DNA of 61,088 nt, counting the filler. It is 4 parts of 4 records of this genome, joined end to end, with 100 filler letters (N's around TTAATTAATTAA, not from the genome) between each part and the next. Parts side by side here need not be neighbours in the genome. Positions count along the whole stretch, not along the records: positions 56,566 to 61,088 come from SRR20825010_6630; 3 more parts are not named here. One strand, 5' to 3'. The notes under the pieces are model-generated. The model saw only the letters and a list, made by a program, of their open reading frames with translations. It had not been told where the DNA came from and did not search any database. The position numbers and the translations under genes were made by a program. Below, one piece after another: positions 60,662-61,088 of the stretch (its first letter is position 1; each line of letters opens with the position of its first letter).

Positions 60662-61088
60662 CTTCCAAAAAATTGCCAGAAACAGAATCACTTACTTTTT
60701 ATGTGCCAAGCGAAGAACAAAGTGAGGGTGCGCCTTTGTCCAAAAATACCGTATCCGCAGGGTTTCCTTCACCTGCAGAAGATTTTAAGGAAAAACGCAT
60801 CAGTTTGGACAAAACTTTGATCAAAAACAAAGAAGCGACTTTTTATGCGAGGGTGAGTGGAGAATCCATGATAGGCGCAGGACTGGATGATGGGGATCTT
60901 TTGGTCATAGATCGCAGTTTGGACCCGGAACATGGCAAGATTGCCGTTTGTTATTTGGATGGTGAGTTTACTGTAAAACGGTTGCACATGGAAAAGAAAG
61001 CCATTACCCTAATGCCTGCAAATGACAGCTATAAACCTATAAAAGTACCTAACGGAAGCGACTTGATTATTTGGGGAGTGGTTACCTA
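60658..61088 (+). CDS. umuD: UmuD/S24-family autoproteolytic subunit (runs off window end; absent from the ORF track)
   Basis: Manual translation from ATG 60658 (ATGA overlap with the umuC stop): VSAGFPSPAED, RVSGESM, DGDLLVIDRS, GEFTVKRL, WGVVT. Confidence 0.9.
   Translation, partial: MTSKKLPETESLTFYVPSEEQSEGAPLSKNTVSAGFPSPAEDFKEKRISLDKTLIKNKEATFYARVSGESMIGAGLDDGDLLVIDRSLDPEHGKIAVCYLDGEFTVKRLHMEKKAITLMPANDSYKPIKVPNGSDLIIWGVVT

Overview
The window is not one locus. It is four unrelated contigs joined by three artificial 100-bp linkers (44 N + TTAATTAATTAA + 44 N) at 18455-18554, 45541-45640 and 56466-56565. Contig A (1-18454, GC-rich, gammaproteobacterial, Alcanivorax-like by inference) carries a cobalamin uptake/salvage cluster (cobC, cobT, cbiB, cobD, B12 riboswitch, btuBFCD, cobB, cobO, cobQ), a lipoprotein YjcS-type alkyl sulfatase, murI, slyD, moaA and a beta carbonic anhydrase. 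It also has GTAG-type REPs and a heptamer-periodic inverted-repeat element. Contig B (18555-45540, AT-rich Flavobacteriaceae) has mutS, a TrmH-family methylase and a UbiA/mvk/mvaD isoprenoid block. These are followed by an accessory region with tandem paralogous secreted proteins of unknown function, degenerate attC-like hairpins, a TPR histidine kinase/LuxR regulator pair, a DUF922-like HExxH + YD-like repeat protein with a DUF805 partner, and TPR-LuxR regulators flanking a T9SS Asp-box protein. Contig C (45641-56465, Bacteroidota) looks like a glycan-processing locus (DUF4874/DUF4832, PKD lipoprotein, T9SS beta-helix with three lectin-like repeats, GH109). It also encodes a T9SS FG-GAP/ASPIC-UnbV + vanadium haloperoxidase fusion. 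Contig D (56566-61088, Flavobacteriaceae) has a partial acyl-CoA dehydrogenase, an FdhF/YdeP oxidoreductase and a umuC-umuD pair in reversed order. No rRNA, tRNA, CRISPR array, transposase or integrase was seen. The best candidates for undescribed systems are the secreted-paralog/two-component locus (24595-31738), the DUF805 + DUF922-YD pair, the putative GalNAc-glycan locus and the haloperoxidase fusion. All family calls come from motif recognition by eye; no database searches were run.
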